A stretch of DNA of 64,000 nucleotides, from assembly GCA_020629955.1 (NCBI GenBank), contig JAHDCI010000002.1, positions 2,692 through 66,691 on the forward strand, read 5' to 3'. A program made the translations under genes and the position numbers. Under the pieces are notes generated by a model that ran no database searches, had not been told where the DNA came from, and saw only the letters and a list, made by a program, of their open reading frames with translations. The DNA comes from Myxococcota bacterium. Its GTDB lineage: Bacteria > Myxococcota_A > Polyangia > Polyangiales > Houyiibacteriaceae. Below are positions 30,579-40,159 of the stretch, piece after piece; the first letter of the stretch is position 1; the number at the start of each line of letters is the position of its first letter.

Positions 30579-30744
30579 CAAAAGCACGGATGAGCGGGCT
30601 CAGCGACGAGCGTGCAGCGCGCTCTGCACCGAGCGCGTAAACGGAGTTGGTCTCGCCGACCTGCTGCGACAGTCGCCGTTCTTCTTCGGAAGTGAGCTGC
30701 ACGTCGACCTCAGCTCCGGGCCTCTCGAAAGGCGAACCAGATGA
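30568..30744 (+). CDS. Small 58-aa ORF coupled between the barrel gene and capB
   Basis: ATG overlaps the end of the upstream gene by 11 nt and its TGA overlaps the capB ATG (ATGA), filling the only gap between capC and capB. Confidence 0.5.
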   Translation: MTFDKSTDERAQRRACSALCTERVNGVGLADLLRQSPFFFGSELHVDLSSGPLERRTR

Positions 30745-33700
30745 CAAAGCAGAAGTCTCTTCTCGGGAATGCTCTATCGCGCCTCCATCCCCTTCGACAA
30801 AAGATCGCGCGGCCCTTTGTCGAACACGAGGTCGATCAGATCGCGGGAGATAGACTTGAAGCCCACTTTCGCGGCCGGCTAAGAGACGTTCTGGCGCTTC
30901 TCACCTCCCTCGAAGGGATCGAATCGGAAATCAACGCGAGCCAGCCGGGCAATCTTGAGGCGCGACTTCAGCAAAGTGATTTGCCGGGTATGCGATTTGG
31001 GGAGGTGGCGCGCGACGCGGATGCCGCGCTGGATCGATTGATCCTAGTGCGAAGTCGCCTCGAAAAATACGCCTCCGCGTCCATCGAGATTCTTCGGAAT
31101 GACGCCGAATCGAAGCCGGAGATCGTTCACGTCGCGACGCACCTCGGGTTGAGTGAGCGACTTCGACGCGTCGCCGTCGACTGTCTCCACGAGGTCACGA
31201 AAACGGATCTTGAGCGGCTCGTTGCGCAATGTTCTCCGTCGAAAGTCGGACCTCTTCTCGGGCGTGCGTTGATGGACTGCGTCGCGCGAAACGACGAGAA
31301 GATCGCCGTGAAACTCGCGCTGCGCGTCGCCGCGACTCGATCGACGAGCGACCCCGTTCTTTGGCGGTCCCGCGCGGTTGAGATCTTGACTCGCTTTCGC
31401 AGCCTACCGGAGGGTGTTCTTCAAGATCCAAGCGAGCTCGTCAGGCAATCTCTCGCCAAGACGCTTGGAGAGATGGGCGAATGGCGTCGTCTGATCGCGA
31501 TCGCACGGAACGATAAGTCGCCCATCGTCCGCGCCTACGCATGGACCCGGCTCTCCCAAGAGACACCCACCACAGGTGCGATTCTCGCAGCGTTCCGCGA
31601 TCCCTCGCCGCTTGTGATCCGCGTCGCACTCGACGAAGTAGAGCATCGACTCCCGCAGTTCTCGAGCGCCGAGCGAGAGGACCTCGCGAATGAGCTTACC
31701 CGGGTCAGTGGGATCGACGACTCGGAGGTCGCTTATCGCGCTCTGGCGCTGCTGCGAGAGCTCACCCGCTACGACGATCCAAAGCTGGATGCGTTGATCC
31801 GCGAGATCAAGACGCGATCGTATGGCCTCTCGCTCGGCGCAACGCTGCGAGTCGAGGAGGGGGATACGCCAAGACTTCGAAGAGCTCTTCGCAGCTTATC
31901 GAGGCGAGGGGTGTACTTTGGTGCCCGAAATATCCGAAGCGGAACATGGGAGATTCAGGTCGGTCGAACGGCTCGTTACGATGCAGGGCGGGCCTGGTAC
32001 GAATGGAAGCACCCGCGTCCAGACAAGCGACAGAATATCGCACACGTCACGACCCGTCAGCTCAAGGCGGATATCGTTTCACCCGCACCATGGATGGGGG
32101 AGCTGACCGCGACGAAGGTCCCCGGTGAACCACGGTCGATCAAAAATGCGGGGGGCACCGGAGCCTACTTGCCGACAGTCGGCGACCTGCGAGCAAGCCT
32201 CACCAGCATGACCGAGTTCGTTACCCCCGCCGGCATCACCACGTTGGTTCCCCCTCGCTCATTTTGGGCCCGCCTGAAACTTCGCCGGAAGCTCGCCGGA
32301 GAGTTTGACGCACTCGCGACACTGCGCGAGCGGTGCCTTGAAAGCGGTGATGGGGTTGCGCCAGAAGCCTACGCCACCCGGCTTCGCGAGCTTGGATTCT
32401 CACTCAGCTTCAGCTCCGATCCAGAGACCATCTGTGGAAAAGAACGGACCAGTGTCTTTGCGCCAGCAATTCGGTGCCTTGAGCCTGCTCATCTCGCCTT
32501 GCCGCCGATCGTCGATTCGATCGCCAGATTTGTCGCCGACCCGACCGCAGGAAATGGCGGAGGCCCCCTCCTCGCATTCCTCCTCGCCGTACTCCTAGGT
32601 TTCTTCGTCCGCTCGCTCTACCTCCGCCGCCGAATTCGAAACGTGGTCGAGTCCATCCCGCTTCGACTCGCTGGGTGGGGGACCCGCGGTAAGTCGGGAA
32701 CCGAGCGTCTAAAGGCAGCCATGCTCCAAGGCTTCGGCTGCGATGTTCTGGTCAAGACCACGGGCTGTGAAGCGATGACGATTCGGCAGACCCCTGGCAA
32801 AACCTCCGTCGAGGTGTTCCTTCACCGCCCGTACGATAAGGCGACGATTTGGGAGCAGGTACGGGTCTTGGAGATGGGATCGACGATGGGAGTCGATGCG
32901 TTTCTTTGGGAATGCATGGCCCTTCGCCCGAGATACGTAGACGTCTTGGCGCATCACTGGATGCAATCGAGCGTCTCCACGCTTACCAACGCCTACCCTG
33001 ATCACGAGGATGTCCATGGTCCGGCAGGGATCAACGTCGCGGAAGTCATGGGCGGGTTCATTCCCCCCAAAGGACTCTGTATCTCGGCAGAAGAAGAAAT
33101 GTTGCCGCTCCTAAAGGCGGAAGCCGCGCGACGGGAGTGTCGCTTCGAATCCGTCTCCTATTCCGACTCCGCGCTGATCCCGAGCGACCTCATGAACCGA
33201 TTCCCGTACCAGGCGCATCCTCGGAACGTTGCCCTCGTAGCCAAACTGGGCGCGCACCTCGGGCTCTCTCGGATCGACGCAATCGTCGCAATGGCCGATC
33301 ACGTTGTCGCCGATCTCGGTGTGCTCAAAACCTACGGAACCGTCGAGCATGCCGCCCGACGGCTGCGCTTTTCGAACGGTATGAGCGCGAACGAACGGGC
33401 AGGCTGCCTCAGCAACTGGAAACGCCTTGGTCTTCACACCCACGAAGGCGACCGAACCAAAATCGTCACCGTGATCAACAACCGCGGAGACCGCATCCCG
33501 CGCTCGCGCGTGTTCGCTGACATCGTCGTTAAGGATCTTGGTGCAAGCGCACATGTCTTGATCGGCACAAACCTCGGAGGCATGCGGCAGTACATCGAAG
33601 AGTCCCTGGACCACTGGCTTCAGGAGCAAATGATCGCTCTTCCCGAGGAAGACCCGAGCGCACCGGGGACGCGAGTCAAGATCATCGAACGATTGGCGTA

Positions 33701-34595
33701 TATTCTTCATCGTCGCCTCGGCGTTTCGCGATCCCCCAACGCGCTTCTTGAATCCATTGCTCGGGTTCTCGATTCCGTTGATGCGGAGAGAGCAGACCGC
33801 CTCGTACCGGTATTTGAGGAGCTAAAGCCGGACCCACGAGAGATCGATCTCGAGGCTCTCCTCGCGAAGTGCCGGATCGCGCTCGAAGGAGATCCCAACC
33901 AACAGGATTGTGAGCGTTGGATCCGAACCATCGTCGAACGTCAAACCGCGCTTGAGGTGTTCGTGGATGAACTCCCCGATACCGTGGATGCAATCAACAA
34001 GAGCTTTCGCTCCTTTTATCGCGCGCGCTTCTTGGAATCCCTTCACGAAGTCGCCGATTCTCACGCAACCGGCGACCAAGTGATCGATGCCGCTGCGCGA
34101 GCCATCCCACCAGGACACGATGCGCATCTCATCGGAATCCAAAATATCAAAGGAACGGGGCTCGACTTTGTCTACCGCTGGGTAGATTTGGAGCGACTCC
34201 AATCGTTGAGCCCCGATCTTGAAGACGAACAGCGACGAAGGGCATCCCTGGCCGGCATTGAGAAGGCCCGGCTCGGCATCCTTGGAGGTTCGTGGCTGGT
34301 GGAGAAGCTCACCGAGCTCGGACTCCCGCCGGCCGATATCGAGCCCTTTGAGACGGCACTGGCGGAAGCTCGTGATAAAGCAAGTCGCGCCTCCGACGTG
34401 CGAGGTGGCATCGGCCCGTGGGTGATTTCGCGTGTCGAAGGGATCATCGATCCTCTTCACGCGCTCTACCGCGGTCACAAAGCGCGAACGCTCGAGAGCG
34501 AGCGCGCACTAGGCGTGATTGGCCATGAGGAAGCGGCCGAAAGAGCGCGAAAGCTTACGGCTCTCGAAAAGCCAGGGTGGCTATCCGCCAAGTAA
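30741..34595 (+). CDS. capB: PgsB/CapB poly-gamma-glutamate synthase fused to an N-terminal HEAT-repeat region
   Basis: Mur-ligase/CapB motifs IPLRLAGWGTRGKS, KTTG, WECMALRP, LTNAYPDHED, MSANER, NNRGDR, GIQNIKG; one TM before the ligase; HEAT units DPSELVRQSLA, DKSPIVRAYA, DPSPLVIRVAL. Confidence 0.9.
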   Translation: MTKQKSLLGNALSRLHPLRQKIARPFVEHEVDQIAGDRLEAHFRGRLRDVLALLTSLEGIESEINASQPGNLEARLQQSDLPGMRFGEVARDADAALDRLILVRSRLEKYASASIEILRNDAESKPEIVHVATHLGLSERLRRVAVDCLHEVTKTDLERLVAQCSPSKVGPLLGRALMDCVARNDEKIAVKLALRVAATRSTSDPVLWRSRAVEILTRFRSLPEGVLQDPSELVRQSLAKTLGEMGEWRRLIAIARNDKSPIVRAYAWTRLSQETPTTGAILAAFRDPSPLVIRVALDEVEHRLPQFSSAEREDLANELTRVSGIDDSEVAYRALALLRELTRYDDPKLDALIREIKTRSYGLSLGATLRVEEGDTPRLRRALRSLSRRGVYFGARNIRSGTWEIQVGRTARYDAGRAWYEWKHPRPDKRQNIAHVTTRQLKADIVSPAPWMGELTATKVPGEPRSIKNAGGTGAYLPTVGDLRASLTSMTEFVTPAGITTLVPPRSFWARLKLRRKLAGEFDALATLRERCLESGDGVAPEAYATRLRELGFSLSFSSDPETICGKERTSVFAPAIRCLEPAHLALPPIVDSIARFVADPTAGNGGGPLLAFLLAVLLGFFVRSLYLRRRIRNVVESIPLRLAGWGTRGKSGTERLKAAMLQGFGCDVLVKTTGCEAMTIRQTPGKTSVEVFLHRPYDKATIWEQVRVLEMGSTMGVDAFLWECMALRPRYVDVLAHHWMQSSVSTLTNAYPDHEDVHGPAGINVAEVMGGFIPPKGLCISAEEEMLPLLKAEAARRECRFESVSYSDSALIPSDLMNRFPYQAHPRNVALVAKLGAHLGLSRIDAIVAMADHVVADLGVLKTYGTVEHAARRLRFSNGMSANERAGCLSNWKRLGLHTHEGDRTKIVTVINNRGDRIPRSRVFADIVVKDLGASAHVLIGTNLGGMRQYIEESLDHWLQEQMIALPEEDPSAPGTRVKIIERLAYILHRRLGVSRSPNALLESIARVLDSVDAERADRLVPVFEELKPDPREIDLEALLAKCRIALEGDPNQQDCERWIRTIVERQTALEVFVDELPDTVDAINKSFRSFYRARFLESLHEVADSHATGDQVIDAAARAIPPGHDAHLIGIQNIKGTGLDFVYRWVDLERLQSLSPDLEDEQRRRASLAGIEKARLGILGGSWLVEKLTELGLPPADIEPFETALAEARDKASRASDVRGGIGPWVISRVEGIIDPLHALYRGHKARTLESERALGVIGHEEAAERARKLTALEKPGWLSAK

Positions 34596-34722
34596 TCCTC
34601 GCGCAGCGTACAACCGCAAAGCGAAGCGCCATCCTCTGTGAAACCCGCGGTGGTCGACAACGTAGGGGGTTTTTGGGGCGTTGGTTTGAAATGAGCCTAG
34701 TTTCATGGTCCGCTGCGCCCCT

Positions 34723-36609
34723 ATGTCGAACGAAGAGAGCCAGGCGCCACAATCTGAAGGCACCGCCAAAGACGCACCGAAATCAACTGCAACCGGTTCG
34801 TTCCCGCCCGTCAATACGACGGATCCCCAGCTGACGATCCGCGCGATCATGACCGGCATGCTCCTCGGTGGCTTGCTCTCGCTTTGCAATATCTACGCAG
34901 GGCTGAAGATCGGCTGGGGCTTCAATATGTCGATTACGGCGATGTTGCTCAGCTTCGGCTTCTTTAAGGCATTCGAAAAAGCGGGCGGGCGTCCCTACGG
35001 GATGCTCGAAAACAATATCAACCAAACGGCGGCTTCGGCCGGCGCGAATATCTCGTCAGCCGGTCTCGTCGCTCCCATCCCCGCGCTGACGATCTTGACG
35101 GGCATGGAGCTCTCCTGGCACCTGCTCGCCCTTTGGACCTTCGCAGTAAGCTGCGTCGGCATCGTGGTGGGTCTTGGGCTGCGAAAGCAGATGATCGAAG
35201 TCGATCGTCTCCCGTTCCCCAGCGGCGTAGCATCGGCAGAGACCATTCAGCAGATGTATGCGCGCGGCGAAGAGGCGATCGCGCGCGTGAAGGCGCTCGT
35301 CGCCGGGATGATTCTCGGAGGCGGCGCCAAGCTCTTGATCAAGTTCGCCGAGATCAAGAAGCTAAAACTGCCGGGTACGATTGCAGCCAGTGGGGCTGCC
35401 CAGGCGAGCGGAGCGACATCCTTTTCCCTCGCGAAACTGACGTTTGCCGTCGACCCTTCACCGCTCTTCTGGGCGGTGGGCGCCATCGTCGGGATCCGCG
35501 CGGGCGCTTCGATGCTCATCGGGGCAATCGTGGCGTGGATCTTTCTCGCTCCGCACGCGATGAACGAGGGCTGGGTGGTGCTTGAAAACGCCGACTCCGT
35601 AAACTTTCCCACCATCGTGAAATGGATGCTCTGGCCCGGCGTCGCGATGATGGTCACCGCCTCGCTCACAAGCTTCGCCTTTTCTTGGCGCTCTGTTCTC
35701 GCCGCGCTCACGGGCATCGGTGGCCAGCGCGATATGGAAGAAAAGGGAGTGGACGCCCCCGACAATAACGTTGGAGATATTCCGCGGAAGGTGTTCATTG
35801 CCGCGGTCGTTGCGGCCCTGATCTTCGCCACCCTAACGCAGGTTCTCCTCTTCGAAATCTCGCTTTGGGTTGCCATGATCGCGGTCCTCCTCACGTTTGC
35901 GCTGGCGATCGTGGCCGGCCGCGTGTCGGGCGAGACCGGAATCACGCCGGTCGGTGCGATGGGCAAAGTCACCCAGCTGACCTTCGGTTTGATCTCTCCT
36001 GGAAGCGTCACCAGCAACCTCATGGCGGCGAACGTCACCGGAGGCGCGGCGAGCCAGACGGCGGACCTGCTTCACGACCTCAAGACCGGCGCGATGATCG
36101 GTGCATCTCCAAAGGCGCAGGGTATCGGCCAGCTCTTCGGGGTGATGGCGGGTGCGACGATCGGCTGCGCAGCCTATCTGGTGATGATTCCGAATCCGGC
36201 CGAACAGTTGATGACCGAAGAATGGGCCGCGCCGGCCGTGGTTCAATGGAAGGCCGTCGCGGAGCTTTTCCGGGACGGAATCGACCACATGCCGCCCATG
36301 GCGGTTGAGGCCATGATGATCGCTGGCGCGGTGGGTGTGCTCTTTTCGGTGCTCGAGAAGATGCTCCCGAAAGAGAAGGTTCAGTGGCTTCCAAGCGCGA
36401 GCGCGATGGGCATCGCGTTCTGCATTCCAGCGAGCTACGCGATCACCATGTTCCTCGGCGGCGTGGTTTCGGTGCTCGTCGGCAAGTTCGCTCCGACCTG
36501 GAAGGAACGTTTCCTCATCGTTGTCGCCTCGGGTCTGATCGCGGGCGAATCGCTCGTGGGCGCCGGAATCGCAATCTACGAAACGGCATCCGGGCTCGTC
36601 GGCGGATGA
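34723..36609 (+). CDS. OPT-family oligopeptide transporter
   Basis: QLTIRA, NIYAGLKIG, LENNINQT, LPFPSG, GETGITP, DLLHDLKTG, ASGLIAGESL. Confidence 0.93.
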   Translation: MSNEESQAPQSEGTAKDAPKSTATGSFPPVNTTDPQLTIRAIMTGMLLGGLLSLCNIYAGLKIGWGFNMSITAMLLSFGFFKAFEKAGGRPYGMLENNINQTAASAGANISSAGLVAPIPALTILTGMELSWHLLALWTFAVSCVGIVVGLGLRKQMIEVDRLPFPSGVASAETIQQMYARGEEAIARVKALVAGMILGGGAKLLIKFAEIKKLKLPGTIAASGAAQASGATSFSLAKLTFAVDPSPLFWAVGAIVGIRAGASMLIGAIVAWIFLAPHAMNEGWVVLENADSVNFPTIVKWMLWPGVAMMVTASLTSFAFSWRSVLAALTGIGGQRDMEEKGVDAPDNNVGDIPRKVFIAAVVAALIFATLTQVLLFEISLWVAMIAVLLTFALAIVAGRVSGETGITPVGAMGKVTQLTFGLISPGSVTSNLMAANVTGGAASQTADLLHDLKTGAMIGASPKAQGIGQLFGVMAGATIGCAAYLVMIPNPAEQLMTEEWAAPAVVQWKAVAELFRDGIDHMPPMAVEAMMIAGAVGVLFSVLEKMLPKEKVQWLPSASAMGIAFCIPASYAITMFLGGVVSVLVGKFAPTWKERFLIVVASGLIAGESLVGAGIAIYETASGLVGG

Positions 36610-37061
36610 GCCTCGATCCGGTTCTCAGCGCAAAAGAGATCGAAGAGTTCATCTCCGGCGTGTTTCCCGCTGCAGCGCGTTTCGCGGAGATTGTTTCGTT
36701 CGCAGAAGGAGAGCTTCGCGTGAGAGTCCGACCGGACGAATCGGGGTTCTTTCTCCGGCCGGGAGGAACGGTCTCTGGACCTGCGATGATGACGCTCGCA
36801 GACCTCGCGCTCTACTACATCACGCTCGGCTACATCGGTCGCGTGGAGCTGGCGGTCACGACCCAGCTGAATATCAGCTTTCTTCGCAAGCCCGCGCCCG
36901 GGAACCTCGTCGGCATCGCCAGGCTTCTAAAGCTCGGGAAACGGCTCGCAGTCGGCGAAGTGCGCATCGAATCCGAATCGGCTCCGGGGGACGCCGTTGC
37001 GCATGCTCAGGTCACGTATTCGATTCCGCCGCACGGAAAGCACGGGCGCGCCTCTGCCTGA
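36606..37061 (+). CDS. PaaI-family hotdog thioesterase
   Basis: ATGA overlap with OPT; LRPGGTVSGPAMMTLAD, AVTTQLNISFLRKP, KLGKRLAVGEV. Confidence 0.9.
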   Translation: MSLDPVLSAKEIEEFISGVFPAAARFAEIVSFAEGELRVRVRPDESGFFLRPGGTVSGPAMMTLADLALYYITLGYIGRVELAVTTQLNISFLRKPAPGNLVGIARLLKLGKRLAVGEVRIESESAPGDAVAHAQVTYSIPPHGKHGRASA

Positions 37062-37128
37062 GCGACCCTCTTTGGGCGCCCCGGTTTGAGCAACTCCGTC
37101 TGAGCAACTCCGTCTGAGCGACTCTGTC
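37059..37128 (+). repeat. 14-bp degenerate tandem repeat, 5 units
   Basis: TGAGCGACCCTCTT, TGGGCGCCCCGGTT, TGAGCAACTCCGTC x2, TGAGCGACTCTGTC. Confidence 0.75.
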
Positions 37129-37160
37129 TCGCGAAAGGCCGTTTGCCGCCGCGACGCCAC

Positions 37161-38051
37161 TCACTCAGCCGCTTGCGTCAAGGGCGCATAGACCGCGGGG
37201 AGGGGTGACTTCACGTCCACGTGCGCGCCTTCGAATCGAAACGAGATCCGGCTCGCATGCAGCGCATGCCCCTCCCAGCCGGGAAAGCTCTCACCACCGT
37301 AAAGTGAATCGCCAACCAACGGCGAACCGGCGTGCGCAAGATGGACCCGAACCTGGTGACGGGTCGCGTGAGATGCATTGATGCGTACCTCAAAGAGCAC
37401 CCCCACGGCGCTCACCTCGAGCACTTCCGTTCTTGCCGGGCGCCCTGTCTCGGTGATCTTCACTTTGCGGCGATCGGCCGTATCGATCGGCGCATCGATC
37501 ATACCGATCGGCGGAGGCGTGCGACACAGCGCAAGATACTCCTTTTCGATCCGGTGCGAGCGCAGCGCCTCTCGGAGCATGGTCCATGTTGAGCGGTCAC
37601 GCGCCACCAAAAGGAGACCGCTCGTATTCGTATCGAGGCGATGCACCAGTCCCGCCTCTCGGGGGTCTTCGGAGGCTTCCGCAAGCGACGGGGAGTGAGC
37701 CACAAGGAGATTCGCGAGCGTGTCCCGTTCTTCGGGGCGGAGGGGATGGCTAGGCATGCCGCGCGCTTTCTCCACCACAAGAGCGCGCTCGGTCGACCAA
37801 CGAATCTGCAACGCTCCCAGTCCCGGTAGCGGGCAAAAACGCGAAGGAGCAGGAGCCTTGAGGAGATAAACCTCGTCGCCTGCGTGAACAACGGCCCCCT
37901 TCTTTACGACCTGGCCGTTCACGCAGACCCCGCCGGCGAGAAGTAAGCGGCGAACGCTCGCACGGGAGGCGCCTGTCCTACGCGCGATTTCCACGTCGAG
38001 CCGGCCGCTTTTCGAAGCGCGCCAGCGTTGCACGGCTTGACCCGTTTCCAT
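37161..38051 (-). CDS. RluA/RluD-family RNA pseudouridine synthase
   Basis: N-terminal S4-like domain; GLVHRLDTNTSG catalytic motif; HQVRVHLA..GSPLVGDSLYG, LHA. Confidence 0.93.
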   Translation of the reverse strand: METGQAVQRWRASKSGRLDVEIARRTGASRASVRRLLLAGGVCVNGQVVKKGAVVHAGDEVYLLKAPAPSRFCPLPGLGALQIRWSTERALVVEKARGMPSHPLRPEERDTLANLLVAHSPSLAEASEDPREAGLVHRLDTNTSGLLLVARDRSTWTMLREALRSHRIEKEYLALCRTPPPIGMIDAPIDTADRRKVKITETGRPARTEVLEVSAVGVLFEVRINASHATRHQVRVHLAHAGSPLVGDSLYGGESFPGWEGHALHASRISFRFEGAHVDVKSPLPAVYAPLTQAAE

Positions 38052-38060
38052 CCCTGAACC

Positions 38061-38194
38061 CTAGCAGCCCGTCGACGTATTCCGAATCCCGCTTCGCGGC
38101 AGGGTCGCGCACTCAGACGCGACAACAATGCTGGGCGTCGAATCGGCCGCACACGTTCCGGATTCAGGAGAGGGATCGATCGACGGGCACCGAA
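38061..38194 (+). mobile_element. Family-1 MITE-like element, diverged copy
   Basis: Starts CTAGCAGCCCGTCGA; CCGAATCCCGCTTCGCGGCA...CACTCAGACGC matches the 56813 and 62155 copies; internal inverted end TCGACGGGC near 38180; right boundary approximate. Confidence 0.6.
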
Positions 38195-38738
38195 CCGCTG
38201 CGAGCTTCGAATCGCGACCGTCCAATATCACAAGGGCCACATCGCGAGCTCCGCGGACCCCTCCCGCATGCCAGATTCGTCGTATCCGCCCATGAGCAGT
38301 CAACTTCGACGACGAATAATCGGACGGCGTGCGACAAAACGCGAACATCCCCAAATCGGTATTTCCCGTGGGACTCGAACGGCTCGTCAGTCCAACGGAA
38401 GAGAAACCCACGATTTTATACGCGGTCGCTCAACAACGGAAGAACGCGGTCCGGTAGACCCAATTCTTCACTACTTTCAGGCAGATCGAAGCTTTACGAC
38501 CGACCAGCAGAAGGTGTTCTCCTACACATTCCTCATCAAAATAATCAAAAATAGGATCGAGACGTGCCTCGCGTGCCAAAACGGCAGCCTCGTTTGCGAA
38601 CGTGTTTTTCGGGCGAAACTGGCTCATCTCTACACCATCTGAGGGAGAAAAAAACTGGCGCGTCGAAATTTTTCGAATATACTGGACTCTCTGAACAGTG
38701 TTCAAGAGCCCACAGCTCATTCATCACGAACACTCAGA

Positions 38739-39278
38739 ATGCGTGTTGGTACGCGAATCATTTCACTCTTCTCTGATGAGGGGGTTCTCTTGGGTTCGAG
38801 GCGAAGAAAGGAGCGACGAGTAAAGCTCCTCCAAACACCTGCGGATTACGCATCGTTTGTCGGAGGCTGGAAAGCAGCTCTCATCAAACGTCTCAACAAG
38901 GAGACTCGAAAGCGAGTTGGTCGTCTCGAGCTTGTCCATGGTCTGCCCACCTGGACCAGCCGGACGGGACCCTTCGCCTTTCTCAAAGCCACCGGAGATA
39001 CTCTCCGTATCGGCTTCTTTCGAGGAGACCAGCTGCGCGACGGCGCTTCGCTTATCGGTGATACGCATATTCGATATATGGTTGCCACCGAAGGAAGCGA
39101 CCTACCAATTCAAGTCATTGTCGACCGGCTCCTCGAAGCCGAGGCGCTAAATGAAGAACATGGCGACCCGCGACGACGTGCTGCAGATCTGAATTTCCGG
39201 CCACCCTCAAAATCCGGTGTTTCTCGCAAACGAACCCGGCGCTCGAGCCGAAAGCCGAAAGCTTCCGAAGTCGCGTAG
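38739..39278 (+). CDS. DUF1801/YdhG-like protein
   Basis: GLPTW...PFAFLKA...LRIGFFRGDQLRD...IRYM pattern; basic C-terminal tail; start uncertain. Confidence 0.6.
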   Translation: MRVGTRIISLFSDEGVLLGSRRRKERRVKLLQTPADYASFVGGWKAALIKRLNKETRKRVGRLELVHGLPTWTSRTGPFAFLKATGDTLRIGFFRGDQLRDGASLIGDTHIRYMVATEGSDLPIQVIVDRLLEAEALNEEHGDPRRRAADLNFRPPSKSGVSRKRTRRSSRKPKASEVA

Positions 39279-39407
39279 CAGCGGCGCCACACAAAATGAG
39301 ACGCGCAGCACAATCGTTTGCTGCGAGTTGGATCCGGCGAGATTCTTCACCCAAGCCGGGCGAGAAGCGCTTGCACGCAGAGAGCTAGAGGCGCAGCCTC
39401 GGGTGCA

Positions 39408-39971
39408 GTGAACTACGGCATCAAACGCATCGCACTCATCTCAACGGGAGGGACCATCGAGAAGGTCTACTCCGAACTTGAAGGGGTGCTCGTTAACGAG
39501 GTCTCCAACCTCGATATGGTACTCGCCGGCCTGAAGCTCGAAGGCGTCGCGATCACCCGCGTCCCGCTGATGAACAAAGACTCGCTGGAGATGAGCGATG
39601 AAGACCATGAGCTGATCGCTGAGACTGCGCGGGTCATGAGCGCAGCATACGACGGCATCGTGATCGTCCACGGCACCGACCGACTTCAGTTCACGGGGGA
39701 GCGGATCGCGAAAAAGCTTCCGGATTCTCCTTGCCCGATCGTGCTAACCGGGGCGATGCGTCCCTATCAGCTCCGAAATACCGACGCGATTCAGAATATG
39801 ACCGAGGCGCTCCTCGCCGCCCAAATCGCGCCTCCTGGCGTTTACGCGGCGATGCACAACCGTTTGCTGCGATTTCCGGGAGTGATCAAAGACCGACGAC
39901 GAGGCACCTTTGTGCACGAATCGGAGATCCGCGGCATGCGAACCAGCCCCGGCACCATCGAATCCGAGTAA
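39408..39971 (+). CDS. Short L-asparaginase-family protein
   Basis: ISTGGTIEK, KDSLEM, IVHGTD, IVLTGAMRP; N-terminal domain only; GTG start. Confidence 0.88.
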   Translation: MNYGIKRIALISTGGTIEKVYSELEGVLVNEVSNLDMVLAGLKLEGVAITRVPLMNKDSLEMSDEDHELIAETARVMSAAYDGIVIVHGTDRLQFTGERIAKKLPDSPCPIVLTGAMRPYQLRNTDAIQNMTEALLAAQIAPPGVYAAMHNRLLRFPGVIKDRRRGTFVHESEIRGMRTSPGTIESE

Positions 39972-40001
39972 GCCCGGCTCTTACCCGGCTTAAAATCTTT
40001 C

Positions 40002-40159
40002 GTGCGTGATTCAAATCGGTAGAAGGGCACTCTTCCGCCAGGAACGCCGATCCCAGCCTCGCTCTTCCTTCGATATACTCGGCATGTCGTTCGCTCTCCG
40101 AAGCACGCCTCGGCGCCCCTGACGAAAGTACTTCCCTTCTACCGATCGGATCCCCGCAC
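40002..40159 (-). repeat. Family-2 long palindromic element (MITE-like or structured ncRNA)
   Basis: Perfect 13-bp inverted repeat ATCGGTAGAAGGG/CCCTTCTACCGAT inside ~26-bp imperfect ends; a further ~19-bp helix pairs fully only on the minus strand using G-U. Confidence 0.7.

Noticed and set aside
30741-34595. Cyanophycin synthetase or MurC-F ligase
   Set aside because: No ATP-grasp domain; the KTTG, ECMAL and ANE/D motifs plus capC/capA neighbours fit CapB.
37059-37128. CRISPR array
   Set aside because: Units are 14 bp, contiguous, without spacers; no cas genes.
38690-38706. CTGAAC-AGT-GTTCAA as a myxobacterial LexA box
   Set aside because: Spacer is 3 nt rather than the 4 nt of the described CTRHAM-N4-GTTCAG-type site, and no SOS gene is adjacent.
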